The notes under the pieces were generated by a model. The model was not told where the DNA came from. It ran no database searches and was given only the letters and a program-made list of their open reading frames with translations. The position numbers and the translations under genes are program-made. A stretch of 64,000 bases of DNA from Planctomycetota bacterium. Its GTDB lineage: Bacteria; Planctomycetota; JAJSAM01; JAJVHW01. Shown piece by piece: positions 48,670 through 59,100 of the stretch. Within the stretch, counting starts at the first letter, position 1. Each line of letters begins with the position of its first letter. Where the stretch lies: contig CBDFJG010000003.1 in the NCBI GenBank assembly GCA_965248445.1, positions 1,536,001 through 1,600,000 of the forward strand, read 5' to 3'.

Positions 48670-50588
48670 ACGAGCGGCAGGCACCCCGGTGGCGCGGGCT
48701 TCTTGGACTGCGTGCCGCCCTCGCCGTGGCGATCGCCATAGGCGTCGTGCTGGCGTTGGTCCTCGAGATCGATCGAGCACAGGACGGCTTTCACTTCACA
48801 CACCGCGCGGTCACCGCGGACGACAGGCCGGCCGGCGTCGCCCGGTACGCAGTCATCCGTAAGACCGAGACCGGATGGGAGATCCTCCGCGGGAGCGCCG
48901 TGTCGCAGCCCGTGCGTGACCGAGAGAGGTGGCACTACCAGACCTCCTCCAACACCGGCGAGCTGGGCCCCGTCCAGTACATGCTGCTGCAGCCTCCCGG
49001 CACGGCGGCGCTTGCGGACTGGACGCCGGAGTCCTGGGTTCGTCTGTCGGTGAGCGTGGCCGACAAGCCACGTCTGCTGAACCCGACTCAGGAGAGTTAC
49101 GACGGCGCCCGGCTGATGTTCGGCGACGGGGACCGCTTCCTCTGGACGCCGGGCAATGCCACGCTCGTTCCGCGGGACATCGTGAGCGTCCCGTGGAATT
49201 CGTATCCGGATGCGAGTGAAGCGGGTCGTGCCCACGTCCTTCTGGCTGTGCTCGACTCGCAGGGTGACGCGGAATGGACCCTCGACACCTGGCGCTCACG
49301 CATCGCCGAGAGTCTGTCGCTTGCGGCGGACGCGCTGGAGCGAGACGTCGGGCGAAACTTCGAGAGACAGCGAATCTACGCCATCGCGTGGGGAGCTCAC
49401 TGGGAACAGAACACGGCACAACTCGCGGACCTGGCGATGTTGCTGCGGATCCACGAGGCGGCGCCCGCTCTCGAGCGGCTGGAGCAACACTGGCAGGGAA
49501 GAGGCGGCGCGCACGCCCGCTTCGTGCTGCGCGTGCTGACCGATGAGGTGAGTCCGGCCGACCTCGAACCGGATCACCTCTGGACGTTCCTCGCGCGTTG
49601 GCAGGGGAACCCGTGGATTCTGGATTCGATCGCGCACGGCGACGCGTATCCGCGACATCTGCGCGATGCCGCCACACGCGCCGCGACCTTCGCCTGGCGA
49701 CGCCAGCGAGACCAACGGTCCCGACACTGGTCGGAGTGGACTCGCGGCGAACGACTCGCGGTGTTTGGGTCGCTCCTCTTGCTCTCCGCCGGGCTGGTCG
49801 TGCTCGGCCTGCGCGGCGCCGGGTGGCGAACGCAGATGGCCGGCGGCGCCCTGGCGATCGCGCTGTTCGCTGCAACGCTGGCCGGCGTCGCCGGATTCCC
49901 CCTCGTCACGTGGGCGGCGGCGGGCGTCATGGCCGCGACCGCGGTCGCTCTCGCGCACCGCGCTGCGCGCCCCGCGGCGAGACCCTGGCCGGCGTGGCTC
50001 ATGGCAGTCGGCGCGGCCTGCACAGCCGCGGCGCTGGCCGACGGCGGGTTCGCAGCGGTGCTCGCCCGTGCGGGGGCGTTCTGCACGTTCGTCTCGCTTG
50101 CCGGACTCGCGATCGCCGCGGACGATCTGTGGACGACGACGGATGTGCCTCCACCGGTAAGTCCCGGGCGGGTACGCCGTGGTCAAGTCGTGGTCCTCTC
50201 ACTGGTGGCCATTGCCGGTGCGGCCGTTGTCGTCTGGGTGTACGAACCCGGCTATGGCAAGGCGCTCTTTCGGCTGTTGCGACGCGCGGCCTACCTGGTT
50301 CCCACGGGGACGGTGCTACTGCTGGCCACGGTCGGCGTCCTGATCGGAGCATCACGCTTCTCCACGCGGGACGGAGAGCGCTCCCTCGGGCACGGCGCCG
50401 TGTTCACACCCGCCCTTCTCCTGGGCGTGTGTGCGCATGTGACGTTCCTCGTGCTCGCAGCGCGCAGTGCGGTGACCGACCAGCGGGCACACGTTCTCTC
50501 GTGGATCGGGATTGCGGCCGCGCTCATCGTCGTGTGGACCGCTGTCACGCGCGTGCTTGCAGGCGGACGCCCACGGCGGCAATCATGA
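48666..50588 (+). CDS. Hypothetical membrane protein, same architecture as 46792-48669
   Basis: 640-aa ORF with an N-terminal TM, a soluble domain and C-terminal TMs. Confidence 0.6.
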   Translation: MNERQAPRWRGLLGLRAALAVAIAIGVVLALVLEIDRAQDGFHFTHRAVTADDRPAGVARYAVIRKTETGWEILRGSAVSQPVRDRERWHYQTSSNTGELGPVQYMLLQPPGTAALADWTPESWVRLSVSVADKPRLLNPTQESYDGARLMFGDGDRFLWTPGNATLVPRDIVSVPWNSYPDASEAGRAHVLLAVLDSQGDAEWTLDTWRSRIAESLSLAADALERDVGRNFERQRIYAIAWGAHWEQNTAQLADLAMLLRIHEAAPALERLEQHWQGRGGAHARFVLRVLTDEVSPADLEPDHLWTFLARWQGNPWILDSIAHGDAYPRHLRDAATRAATFAWRRQRDQRSRHWSEWTRGERLAVFGSLLLLSAGLVVLGLRGAGWRTQMAGGALAIALFAATLAGVAGFPLVTWAAAGVMAATAVALAHRAARPAARPWPAWLMAVGAACTAAALADGGFAAVLARAGAFCTFVSLAGLAIAADDLWTTTDVPPPVSPGRVRRGQVVVLSLVAIAGAAVVVWVYEPGYGKALFRLLRRAAYLVPTGTVLLLATVGVLIGASRFSTRDGERSLGHGAVFTPALLLGVCAHVTFLVLAARSAVTDQRAHVLSWIGIAAALIVVWTAVTRVLAGGRPRRQS

Positions 50589-50627
50589 TCGCCACGGCGA
50601 AGCGTATCCTCTGAGCAGGAGGACGGC

Positions 50628-51362
50628 GTGAGAGAGGTCCCATTCGAGACGCACGGGATGTTCGGGGAGCGCGCGCGGCTCTACGACCGCATCTACCACT
50701 GGAAGGACTACGCCGCGGAGTCGGAGGCGCTGCACGCGCTGCTGCAGGCCGAGGGCGTGGCCGACGGGGCGCGGCTGGTGGATGCGGCCTGCGGCACCGG
50801 GACACACCTCGTCGAACTCGCCAAGTGGTACGACGTCTCCGGGTTCGATCTGGCGGAACCGATGCTCGCGATCGCCCGGACGAAGCTGCCGGGCGTGTCG
50901 CTGGTGGAGGGAGATCTCGCGGATTTCACGGTCGACCGGCCCGCGGACGTCGTCACGTGCCTGTTCAGCGCGTTCGGGTGCGTCTATCCCGAGGAGCGCA
51001 TCCGTGCATCCGCGCACAGCTTCGCCCGGGCGCTGGCACCGGGCGGAGTGGCCCTGATCGAACCCTGGATCCAACCGGAAAGCTTCATTCCCGACCACGT
51101 CAGCGTGCAGACTGCGCTCGACGGATTGCCGAAGCTCGTGCGCGTCTGCCGGACGCGCTTGGACGGGCGCAAGACCGCCCTCGAGTTCACGTGGCTCGTC
51201 TGCAGTCCGGACGGGATCGAGCAGTTCGAGGAGACACAGGTGCTCTGGTTGTCCACGCGGGACGAACTGCTCGGCGCGTTCCGCGGCGCGGGACTCGACG
51301 CGCGCTGGGAGCACCCGGGGCCGATGGGCCGCGGACTGGTCGTCGCGAAGAAGCCGGCGTGA
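50628..51362 (+). CDS. Class I SAM-dependent methyltransferase
   Basis: YDRIY..KDYAAE, LVDAACGTG, DVVTCLFS, LAPGG..LIEPW; RBS aggagg. Confidence 0.9.
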   Translation: MREVPFETHGMFGERARLYDRIYHWKDYAAESEALHALLQAEGVADGARLVDAACGTGTHLVELAKWYDVSGFDLAEPMLAIARTKLPGVSLVEGDLADFTVDRPADVVTCLFSAFGCVYPEERIRASAHSFARALAPGGVALIEPWIQPESFIPDHVSVQTALDGLPKLVRVCRTRLDGRKTALEFTWLVCSPDGIEQFEETQVLWLSTRDELLGAFRGAGLDARWEHPGPMGRGLVVAKKPA

Positions 51363-52303
51363 CCGAGGACTTCCCCTGGACGCCGGATCACAAGCTCACC
51401 GTGGAGCAGGTGCGTACCGCTCTCGCGGACGCGCTGCCGGAATCAGCGCTCGGCGACGTCGCCTTCCTCGCCTCGGGCTGGGACAACTACGCCTACGAAG
51501 CCGAGGTCGACGGCGCGGCGTGGATCTTCCGGTTCCCCAAGCGCGAGAACCGCGTGGCGTGGCTGCTGCGTGAGGTCCGCGTGCTGGACGTGCTGCGGCC
51601 GCACGTACCTTGCCCCGTTCCTGCGGAAGTCGGACCGTTCACGTCGGATGCGGTGCCCTACCCGTTCGCCGGATATCCGCGGTTGCCGGGAAGGCAGGCG
51701 CAGTACCTCCCTGCGGACTGGCCGGGCGCCGTTCGTGTGGCCGAGGACCTCGCGGCGTTCCTGTCCGCGCTGCACGCGATCCCGGTCGACGCGTACGACG
51801 GCATCGACATCCACGACTATCGCGCGGGCGGCAGCCTCGCGAACAGCCGCAAGAAGGCCCTCGCCGCGCTGGACGTCGTGACGGACATGCTCACGCCCGC
51901 ACTCGTGCGCGACGTCCGAACTGCTCTCACGATCGAGGTCACAGAGGCGGCGGATCACTGCGGCATTCACTGCGACCTGGGTGACGACCACATCCTCACC
52001 GACGAGGCCGGCCGCGTGACCGGCATCATCGACTGGGCCGACTTCTCGCACGGCTCGCGGCACGTCGACTTCGTCGGCGGGACGATGACGTTCGGCGATG
52101 CGTTCCTGCTGCCGGCACTCGAGGCCTACGACCGGCCGATGGACGGCGACTTCGCGCGACGTGTGCGGTTCTCGAGCCTCTCCGTGATGGTGCGGTGTCT
52201 GGACTGGGGCCGGAAGGAGGAGGACCACCGGTGGACGGCGTGGGGTCGCGCGCGGTTGCCGTTCGTCGTCGCCGAGGTCCTGGGGAAGCCACCGATCGGA
52301 TAA
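51359..52303 (+). CDS. Aminoglycoside phosphotransferase (APH) family protein
   Basis: GWDN, IFRFPKR, HCDLGDDHIL, GIIDWAD; GTGA overlap with the methyltransferase. Confidence 0.85.
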   Translation: MTEDFPWTPDHKLTVEQVRTALADALPESALGDVAFLASGWDNYAYEAEVDGAAWIFRFPKRENRVAWLLREVRVLDVLRPHVPCPVPAEVGPFTSDAVPYPFAGYPRLPGRQAQYLPADWPGAVRVAEDLAAFLSALHAIPVDAYDGIDIHDYRAGGSLANSRKKALAALDVVTDMLTPALVRDVRTALTIEVTEAADHCGIHCDLGDDHILTDEAGRVTGIIDWADFSHGSRHVDFVGGTMTFGDAFLLPALEAYDRPMDGDFARRVRFSSLSVMVRCLDWGRKEEDHRWTAWGRARLPFVVAEVLGKPPIG

Positions 52304-52313
52304 CCTCCCTCTC

Positions 52314-52871
52314 GTGACGACCGAGCGGCGCCCGTGGATCCGATGGCTCAGGTATGCCGGCATCACCGCGGGCTGCCTGCTCGCACTCGTGGCCGGATTC
52401 GTCGCGTTCGTGAACGCCGGTGCCCCGCCTGCCGCGGACGCACCCTCAGAAGCCCAGCTCGACATGGTCATCCCGACCGACGACGGACCGAAGATGACCG
52501 TGCGCGACATCGCGAACGCGTTCGTGCCGAAGTCGAAGGAACCCATGGGCGCAGCGGACGACGACGAAGAGGGCGACGAGAGCGGAGTGCTCCCCGCGCT
52601 CACGGGGGTGGAGATCTACCGCATCGGGATCGAGCACACGTACGCGGGCCGGCTCGAACTCGGCGAGGCGATCTTGCTGACCATCCCGCGCGGAGATCCC
52701 GCGTACGCGCGGGCGCAGCGCCAGATCGCGCGCTGGGTCTATCTGGCCGGCCGCAACGACCCGAAGGGCGGTGTTCGCTACGCGACGCGTGCCATGTTCG
52801 CCGACCCCGTCGATCCGAAGGTCTGGGAGGACGTCGGCCGCGTGTACCTCGGCGTCGTCGGACTCGACTAG
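52314..52871 (+). CDS. Hypothetical membrane-anchored protein
   Basis: N-terminal TM and helical, TPR-like C-terminus. Confidence 0.6.
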   Translation: MTTERRPWIRWLRYAGITAGCLLALVAGFVAFVNAGAPPAADAPSEAQLDMVIPTDDGPKMTVRDIANAFVPKSKEPMGAADDDEEGDESGVLPALTGVEIYRIGIEHTYAGRLELGEAILLTIPRGDPAYARAQRQIARWVYLAGRNDPKGGVRYATRAMFADPVDPKVWEDVGRVYLGVVGLD

Positions 52872-54181
52872 ACCTGCGGGCGCAGGTGCTCGGGGGCCGG
52901 CGACCATGTCGCGGGATCGGCCGCAGCCTGCTCGCCCGCGCCAAGGTCCTTCACCTCGTGGGTGTCGCCGTCCACGAACCAGACGTACGGAATGCACCGC
53001 TTCTGGGCGTACTTGATCTGCTTCCCGAACTTGACCGGCTCGTGGAAGACCTCGGTCGCGATCCCGCGCGCACGCAGTGACTGTGCGACTGCGCGGGCGC
53101 TGCGTCGGGAGTCCTCGTCGTTCAGGATGACGAGCACGCACGTCGGCACCGGCCGTGACGCCGCAAGACCGCCCTTGCCGAGGACCGTCGCGAGCATGCG
53201 CGTGACGCCGATGGACACACCGTTGCCGGGGAGCTTCACCTTACCGCCGCCGACGAGGTCGTCGTACCGCCCGCCTGAGCACACCGTGCCGAGATCCGCC
53301 TGAGTCGGCATCACGCCCTCGTAGACCGTCCCGGTGTAGTAGTCGAAGCCTCGCGCGATGGAGAGGTCGAACTCGACAGCACCGGCCGGCAGATCGGAGA
53401 GAGCGTCGGCGACGTACGTCAACTCTGACAACCCGTCGTCCAGCAGATCGCCGGAGAGGCCGAGGCCCCGGACGGCGTCAGCGAACGACGCGTCCGTCGT
53501 CTTGATGCGGCCGAGCGCGAGGCAGGTGTCAGCGGCGGACTCCGCGAGACCGACCTCATCGGTCAGCGCCTTGCGCACCTTGTCGGCGCCGATCTTCTGG
53601 AGCTTGTCCACCGTGCGCAGCGCGGCGGTGATGTCGCCGACACCCAGACACTCGTAAGCACCCTGAAGCACCTTCCGGTTGTTGATGCCGATCGTCACCG
53701 GGTCGACGGGCATCGCGCTGACGGTCTCCCACAGAAGGCGCGGCATCTCGGCGTCGAAGTGCAGCGACAGCGTGTCGGTATCGACGACGTCGAGGTCCGC
53801 CTGCAGAAACTCGCGGTACCGCCCCCTCTGCGGCCGCTCCCCGCGCCACACCTTCTGGATCTGGTAGCGCTTGAACGGGTACGCGAGCTGGCCGCGGTTC
53901 TGCGCGACGTAGCGCGCGAACGGAACGGTCAGATCGAAGTGCAGGCCGAGTCCGCTGTCCGACCCGCCCTCCGCCGCCTGCAGACGCCGCAGGACGTAGA
54001 TCTCCTTGTCGGTCTCGCCCTTGGCCTGCAACCGTTCGAGCGGTTCGACGGCGCGCGTCTCGATGGACGCGTAGCCGTAGCTCTCGAAGCGTGCGCGCAG
54101 ATCGTCGAGCACGCGCTGCTCGATTATGCGCTGCGCGGGCAGCCACTCGGGGAAACCGCTGATGGGGTTGATCTTGGACAT
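52868..54181 (-). CDS. hisS: Histidine--tRNA ligase
   Basis: ISGFPEWLP, FDLTVPFARY, WRGERPQRGRYREFLQAD, RGFDYYTG, SGGRYD. Confidence 0.97.
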   Translation of the reverse strand: MSKINPISGFPEWLPAQRIIEQRVLDDLRARFESYGYASIETRAVEPLERLQAKGETDKEIYVLRRLQAAEGGSDSGLGLHFDLTVPFARYVAQNRGQLAYPFKRYQIQKVWRGERPQRGRYREFLQADLDVVDTDTLSLHFDAEMPRLLWETVSAMPVDPVTIGINNRKVLQGAYECLGVGDITAALRTVDKLQKIGADKVRKALTDEVGLAESAADTCLALGRIKTTDASFADAVRGLGLSGDLLDDGLSELTYVADALSDLPAGAVEFDLSIARGFDYYTGTVYEGVMPTQADLGTVCSGGRYDDLVGGGKVKLPGNGVSIGVTRMLATVLGKGGLAASRPVPTCVLVILNDEDSRRSARAVAQSLRARGIATEVFHEPVKFGKQIKYAQKRCIPYVWFVDGDTHEVKDLGAGEQAAADPATWSPAPEHLRPQV

Positions 54182-54183
54182 CG

Positions 54184-54237
54184 TCTGACGCGCCGGAATT
54201 CTCTGACTCGCCGAGTTCCTCTGACTCGCCGAGCCAG
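54184..54237. repeat. 18-bp tandem repeat x3 directly upstream of hisS
   Basis: tctgacgcgccggaattc / tctgactcgccgagttcc / tctgactcgccgagccag. Confidence 0.75.
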
Positions 54238-54281
54238 GGTAGCGCCGCACGCCGTCAGTCGCGGAGGTCGATCACGGGGCG

Positions 54282-56054
54282 TCAGTCGCGGAAGCGGGCA
54301 CTCTCGGTGTTGCGCCGCAGGAACTCCCGGGCGTCGTCGGGCTCGAAGCCCTCGACGACGACGACGATGCGCTCCTCGCGGTTGGCGATGACGCCCGCCG
54401 CGTCTCCGACCGCGTACTGGAAGATGCCCTGTGAGACCTCGTCGGCGCTGCGTGCCGCGCGCAGCGCCGCAGCGAACTCATTCGCGTCGGCCTGCGAGTC
54501 GAACACCACGGTCGTGGCGATGGCAGCCGCGCCATCGGGTCCGGAGTAGACGACGCGGATGTCTCCGTCCCAGCCCTCCGCGGCGCGGCGCGCCTCGAAG
54601 AACGACGCACCGTGCGCACCCAGGAAGCGGATCATGCCGACCTCTCCGAGCACGGCCCTCGTGCGTGTGCGCCAGCCGTCGGGCTTCCAGTCCGGTTCAC
54701 TCACCGCACTCGGCATGTCGCGCGGAACGCGAATCAGCTTCTCAGGGTGCAGGCACTGCTCCGTAGTCTCGGGAGGTCGGGAGTACAACTCGTTGACGCC
54801 CTCCCACCCCCGCTCCAGCCAGACCGAAGCGACCATGTACCGACCCAACCCGTACTCGATCCCTAGGCCCCAGACCGGCACGGCCGCCGCGGCGTCCGTC
54901 AGGGAGCGGTCGTAGTCGCGGAACATCCACCTCCGTTTCGCGCGGCGGTCGACGTTTGACGCTGCGGTGCTGCGCAGCGACGCGTCGAGGCCTGTGCGCT
55001 GATCGATCTTCGTCCGAATGACGTCTTCCACGAACTCGGGATCGCCCTCCACGAGGCTGCGCAGCGCGAGGGCACGGTCGAAGTTCACGACGTACCCTCG
55101 AAGGTGGCTGAACGCGTTCTCGAGGCGAGGGAAGTGATCCGCTTGCATCGCGTGCATGTGCTCGTGGGCCAGCAGCAGGTGGAGGTCTCGCGGATCCTCC
55201 TCGTCGGTGATGATCGTGATCCGGTGCGTGCTGGATGAGAAGTACCCCGCCGTGTTCTCCGCGCGCGCGTTTCCCACGGTATCGGCGTCGAGCTCCGCCT
55301 GACCGATCGTGTTGCGCGCCGCAGCGAGCACTCCGGAGTCCGATGCGCGCATCCACCCCACCGAGTCCTCGGCGTGGGCCTCGCGAGCGCCGTACACGAT
55401 CCTCGCCTCGCGACGGAACGCGAGCCCGCGAGCCTGCTGCACGCCCGCGCGGATCGAGGGCAGGCTGACGCCGCGCACGATCGCTTCGTACTTCGCCGGA
55501 TCGAGTTCCGAGGAGCGACGGTGATGGTCGAACCACCGGCTGTGAAACCCGCGCAGCTGTGACAGCGTCGCCAGATTGTGGTGGGCGTCGGCCGCGCGAT
55601 GGCCGAGGTCGATGGCGTATTGGTACATCTCCATCGCCCGCAGCTCGTCGCCGAAGTCCCACTCGAGTTCGGCGGTGTCGAACCACACCGCGCCGTCCGC
55701 CGGCTGCAGCTTTCTTGCGACGCCGAGCGCGTGGCGAGCCTCCTCGACCTGGCCCTGCCGCGCGGTGACACGGCCGAGGCCCTTCCAGCCGAGCATCAAC
55801 TCCGGGGCAAGTTGCACGGCGGTCCGCAGGCGGCGCCGTGCGCCGAGGAGATCGCCCTCCGCCTCGAAGATCCGGGCGCGTGAGATCAGAAGGCGCGCGT
55901 CGTTGCGCTTCTCGGCGAGGGTCGGCTCCGGCCGCGGCGGCTCCACGAGCTCGACGGACGTGAGCGTGAGGGAGACATGGACTTGGAGGACGACGATGGC
56001 GATGCACGCCACCGAGAGCGTCAACCATCTCAGCCCTCGCTCCAACCGAACCAT
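54282..56054 (-). CDS. TPR protein with a HExxH zinc-metallopeptidase-like domain
   Basis: N-terminal TM, TPR-like helices, LAHEHMHAMQ, SLVEGD, PPETTEQCLHPE. Confidence 0.8.
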   Translation of the reverse strand: MVRLERGLRWLTLSVACIAIVVLQVHVSLTLTSVELVEPPRPEPTLAEKRNDARLLISRARIFEAEGDLLGARRRLRTAVQLAPELMLGWKGLGRVTARQGQVEEARHALGVARKLQPADGAVWFDTAELEWDFGDELRAMEMYQYAIDLGHRAADAHHNLATLSQLRGFHSRWFDHHRRSSELDPAKYEAIVRGVSLPSIRAGVQQARGLAFRREARIVYGAREAHAEDSVGWMRASDSGVLAAARNTIGQAELDADTVGNARAENTAGYFSSSTHRITIITDEEDPRDLHLLLAHEHMHAMQADHFPRLENAFSHLRGYVVNFDRALALRSLVEGDPEFVEDVIRTKIDQRTGLDASLRSTAASNVDRRAKRRWMFRDYDRSLTDAAAAVPVWGLGIEYGLGRYMVASVWLERGWEGVNELYSRPPETTEQCLHPEKLIRVPRDMPSAVSEPDWKPDGWRTRTRAVLGEVGMIRFLGAHGASFFEARRAAEGWDGDIRVVYSGPDGAAAIATTVVFDSQADANEFAAALRAARSADEVSQGIFQYAVGDAAGVIANREERIVVVVEGFEPDDAREFLRRNTESARFRD

Positions 56055-56108
56055 GTCACGCCCCCGGACGGGCCCTGCGCTCCCCCAAGCTACCAGCGAT
56101 TGGCGCGG

Positions 56109-59100
56109 TCACTCTCTCCGGGTCACCAGCAGGGTGAGCAGCACGAGACCGGCAAGGACGAGGACGGGCGTGCTCAAGAAGCGCGGCCGACCCTTGCGCT
56201 CCTCGAGGAGGGTCATTCCGGGCCGGTCGAGCGTCTCCACCAGAGTATCCGCATCCGACGCGACCGCGGTTCCGGCGTCCTCGTCGGCGTCGAGGAAAGC
56301 CACCAGCTCGAGCAAGGGCTCGGGGTCGTCCTTCGTGTCCACCCACCGGCGGACGATCTGCAGCGCAGGCAGCGTCTTGCGGTCCATGATCTCGACCAAC
56401 TCGAAGTCGAGTGACTTGCCATACGCCTGGTGGATGACTTCCGTGCAGACCAGTTTGTCGGTTGAGAAGAAATCGAAGTCGAAGTCGTACGGCTTGCCCA
56501 GGTGGGAGAACGCGCGCGCGATGGCTTCGTCAATCGTGGCCTGCGGCAGCAAGGGACGCAGCACGCAGACTGCATCCGCCCCCCCCACCGAGTACTCGAG
56601 CGAGGTGAACACGACACCGTCGGAGATGGACTCGATCACGACACGTTCGCCGCCGTGGGGGTCCGGTAGGTCCAGATCGCTCACGTGCGGAGAAACGCGC
56701 TCGTCGTTGTGCAGCCCCAACTTCTCGATGTCGGCGCGGCTCCCGATGTAGAGCGCGGAGTGCGGCCAGAAGCCGGGCAGGAACGCGTTGGAGAGGTACC
56801 AGTTGCGGCGTTCGATGAGGATGTCGCCGGGACGCAGCTCACGACGCAGGTCCTCGACCTGCTTCTCACTGATCAGCCCGCCGTCGCCCGGCCGCTGACG
56901 CACGCGCGCATCACCGATCCACGTCGAGACGACAGCCGACACTTTGTAGATGCCGTCCTCGCCAAGATTGACGGTGTGCCTGAGCGAGTGCTTCACCTTG
57001 TACTTGACGACACGTTCCGAGAGCTGCTCCACGACGCGCGCACCGCGCTCGGCCTCGCGAGCCAGTCGCTCCCACGGTTCGCCACGTGGCAGCTTCCCGC
57101 CGTGATCGAGTTCGGCAAACGCCTCGGACCCCGCGGCCAGCGCCTCGAGAGCGGCGCGGTCGCCCAGGCGTGCCCGGATCTTGTTGAACATGCGCGGTGG
57201 CACGCCACGGGCCGGATCGGCCTCGTTGAGCTTGCGCTTGGCCTCGTCGTCGTCTCCGAACGTGTCGATGAACTGCATCTCGCGCGCGCACAGCTCGACG
57301 GTCGCGGTGTGCGCCAGGACGAGGGCGCGAGCGGTAGCGTCGTCGTCGCGCGTGTCGGGCGTCTCGCGGTAGTACCAAGCGATGCGTACGAGCCCTTGGC
57401 GGACATGCAGGAACCGCGCCAGAGCCATGTGAATCGCCAGATCGTCGGCCGGGGTGTAGTAGTCGCGACGCCCCTCGCGGAAGTCCTCGCGCAGTTCGAT
57501 CTCGGCCTGGTCGAGCGTGTCCAACGCATCCAGGTAGCCGGCGAGTGCGAGTGCATCGCGTTCCACCACGAGATCGGCCTGATCGGCCGGCAGTCGCATC
57601 CACGGAGACGGCACGTCCACGAGTTGATCGGGTACGGCCTCCTCGCAGCCGCGGATGACGAAGAACGCGGCCACCACGCCGGCCACGAGAAGGGCCCTGC
57701 GCACGAGGATCTTCATGCGCTGCCGCCGCTCTGCCTTGCGCAGGACCTCCGCCTCGGTCGGCAGGACCTGCTCACCGGCCTCCTCCTGGTACCGGACGAG
57801 CGCCTGGTGCACATACCACACGAGGCGGCTCCGCGACTCCCGGGCGGCAGCCAGCGCCTTGCGCTGGATGAACGCCGGAGAGAGCGCCAGCAGGCGGTGG
57901 TACCACGCGCGTGCGTGCCGCCGGTAACGCACCATGAACATCGTGCACGCGACGAGGATTCCGATGAACGCGAGCGACGCCCAGTGGCTCTGCGACCAGT
58001 CGTGGAACAGCCCGCCGATCACTCCGTAGAAAAGCAGGAACGCGAATCCGCCCACGACGACGCGCGTGACGGGCAGCGCGGCCTCGCCGCCACCCGTTCG
58101 GATGTAGCGGCGGGAGATGTACTCCGTGAGTCGCACCGGGAGCAGGCTGACCACAAACCCGATGGCGAAGATCGGGAAGCCCAGGATCAACTCGATGAAC
58201 AACCCGATGAACGTCAGGAACCAGCGCCTCTTGTGCCCGCGGACACGCAGCGCCGCTTCGCGCACCTTGCTGTCACCGGCCAATTCGACGTACTGGTCGT
58301 GGCGTCGCCGCACCTCGTCGATCACGGCGGGGTCGGTGGCCAGGAAGTGGTTGAACGCGAGGCTCGCGATGCGTTCGGACTCCGGGCGCGACGCGACTTC
58401 GCGCCCGGCCGCCTTCTGGTGCGCGCGATACGCCCTCGCGACGCCGTGCACGAGCGGCGCGAGATCCGGCCGCTCCATGTGGATCATCAACGGCTCGATG
58501 GCATCCCGAATGCGCTGCTGGACGACCGGGATCGACTCCTCGAACGGCCGCGCGGCAACGTCCTCGCACGTGAACGGCTGGCCGATGTTGACGTAGGCGT
58601 CGCCTCGGAACGCCTGCTCCGGACGGAACGACAGCCCGACGGGGACGATGGGGATCATCAGTCCCGCACCGCTCATCTGCTGCGCCACGAGCGCGATCTT
58701 CGCGGCGCCGGCCTTGACGACGCCGAGCCGCGGCTCGAGGTGGGAGAACCCCTCGGGGAAGATCGCGCAGACGTCGCCTGCGTGCAGCCCCGCCACGAAC
58801 GCGGAGTACGTGTCCTGGTTGCGCGTCGGGTCCGAGTCCTTGTCCTGTCGGCGGTGGATCGGGATGCCGCCGGTCCCCCGCAGGATCGGACCCCAGATCT
58901 TGTTGTGGAACAACGGCTCCTTGGCACCGAAGCGCACTGCCCGCGGGATCGCGCTGATCAGCGCGCCGGCGTCGAGAACCGAGTTCGGGTGGTTGACGAC
59001 CAGGAGGACGGGGCCCTGCGGCGGGACGTTGGCTGCGCCGATGACCTTGAACGACCGGTAGTACACCCGCGTGATCAACCACGCGAGCGTGAGCGCGAAT

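Noticed and set aside
50825..52303. 492-aa ORF suggesting a long N-terminal extension of the APH kinase
   Set aside because: The extension overlaps the methyltransferase out of frame; the GTG start at 51359 coupled to the upstream stop is more plausible.
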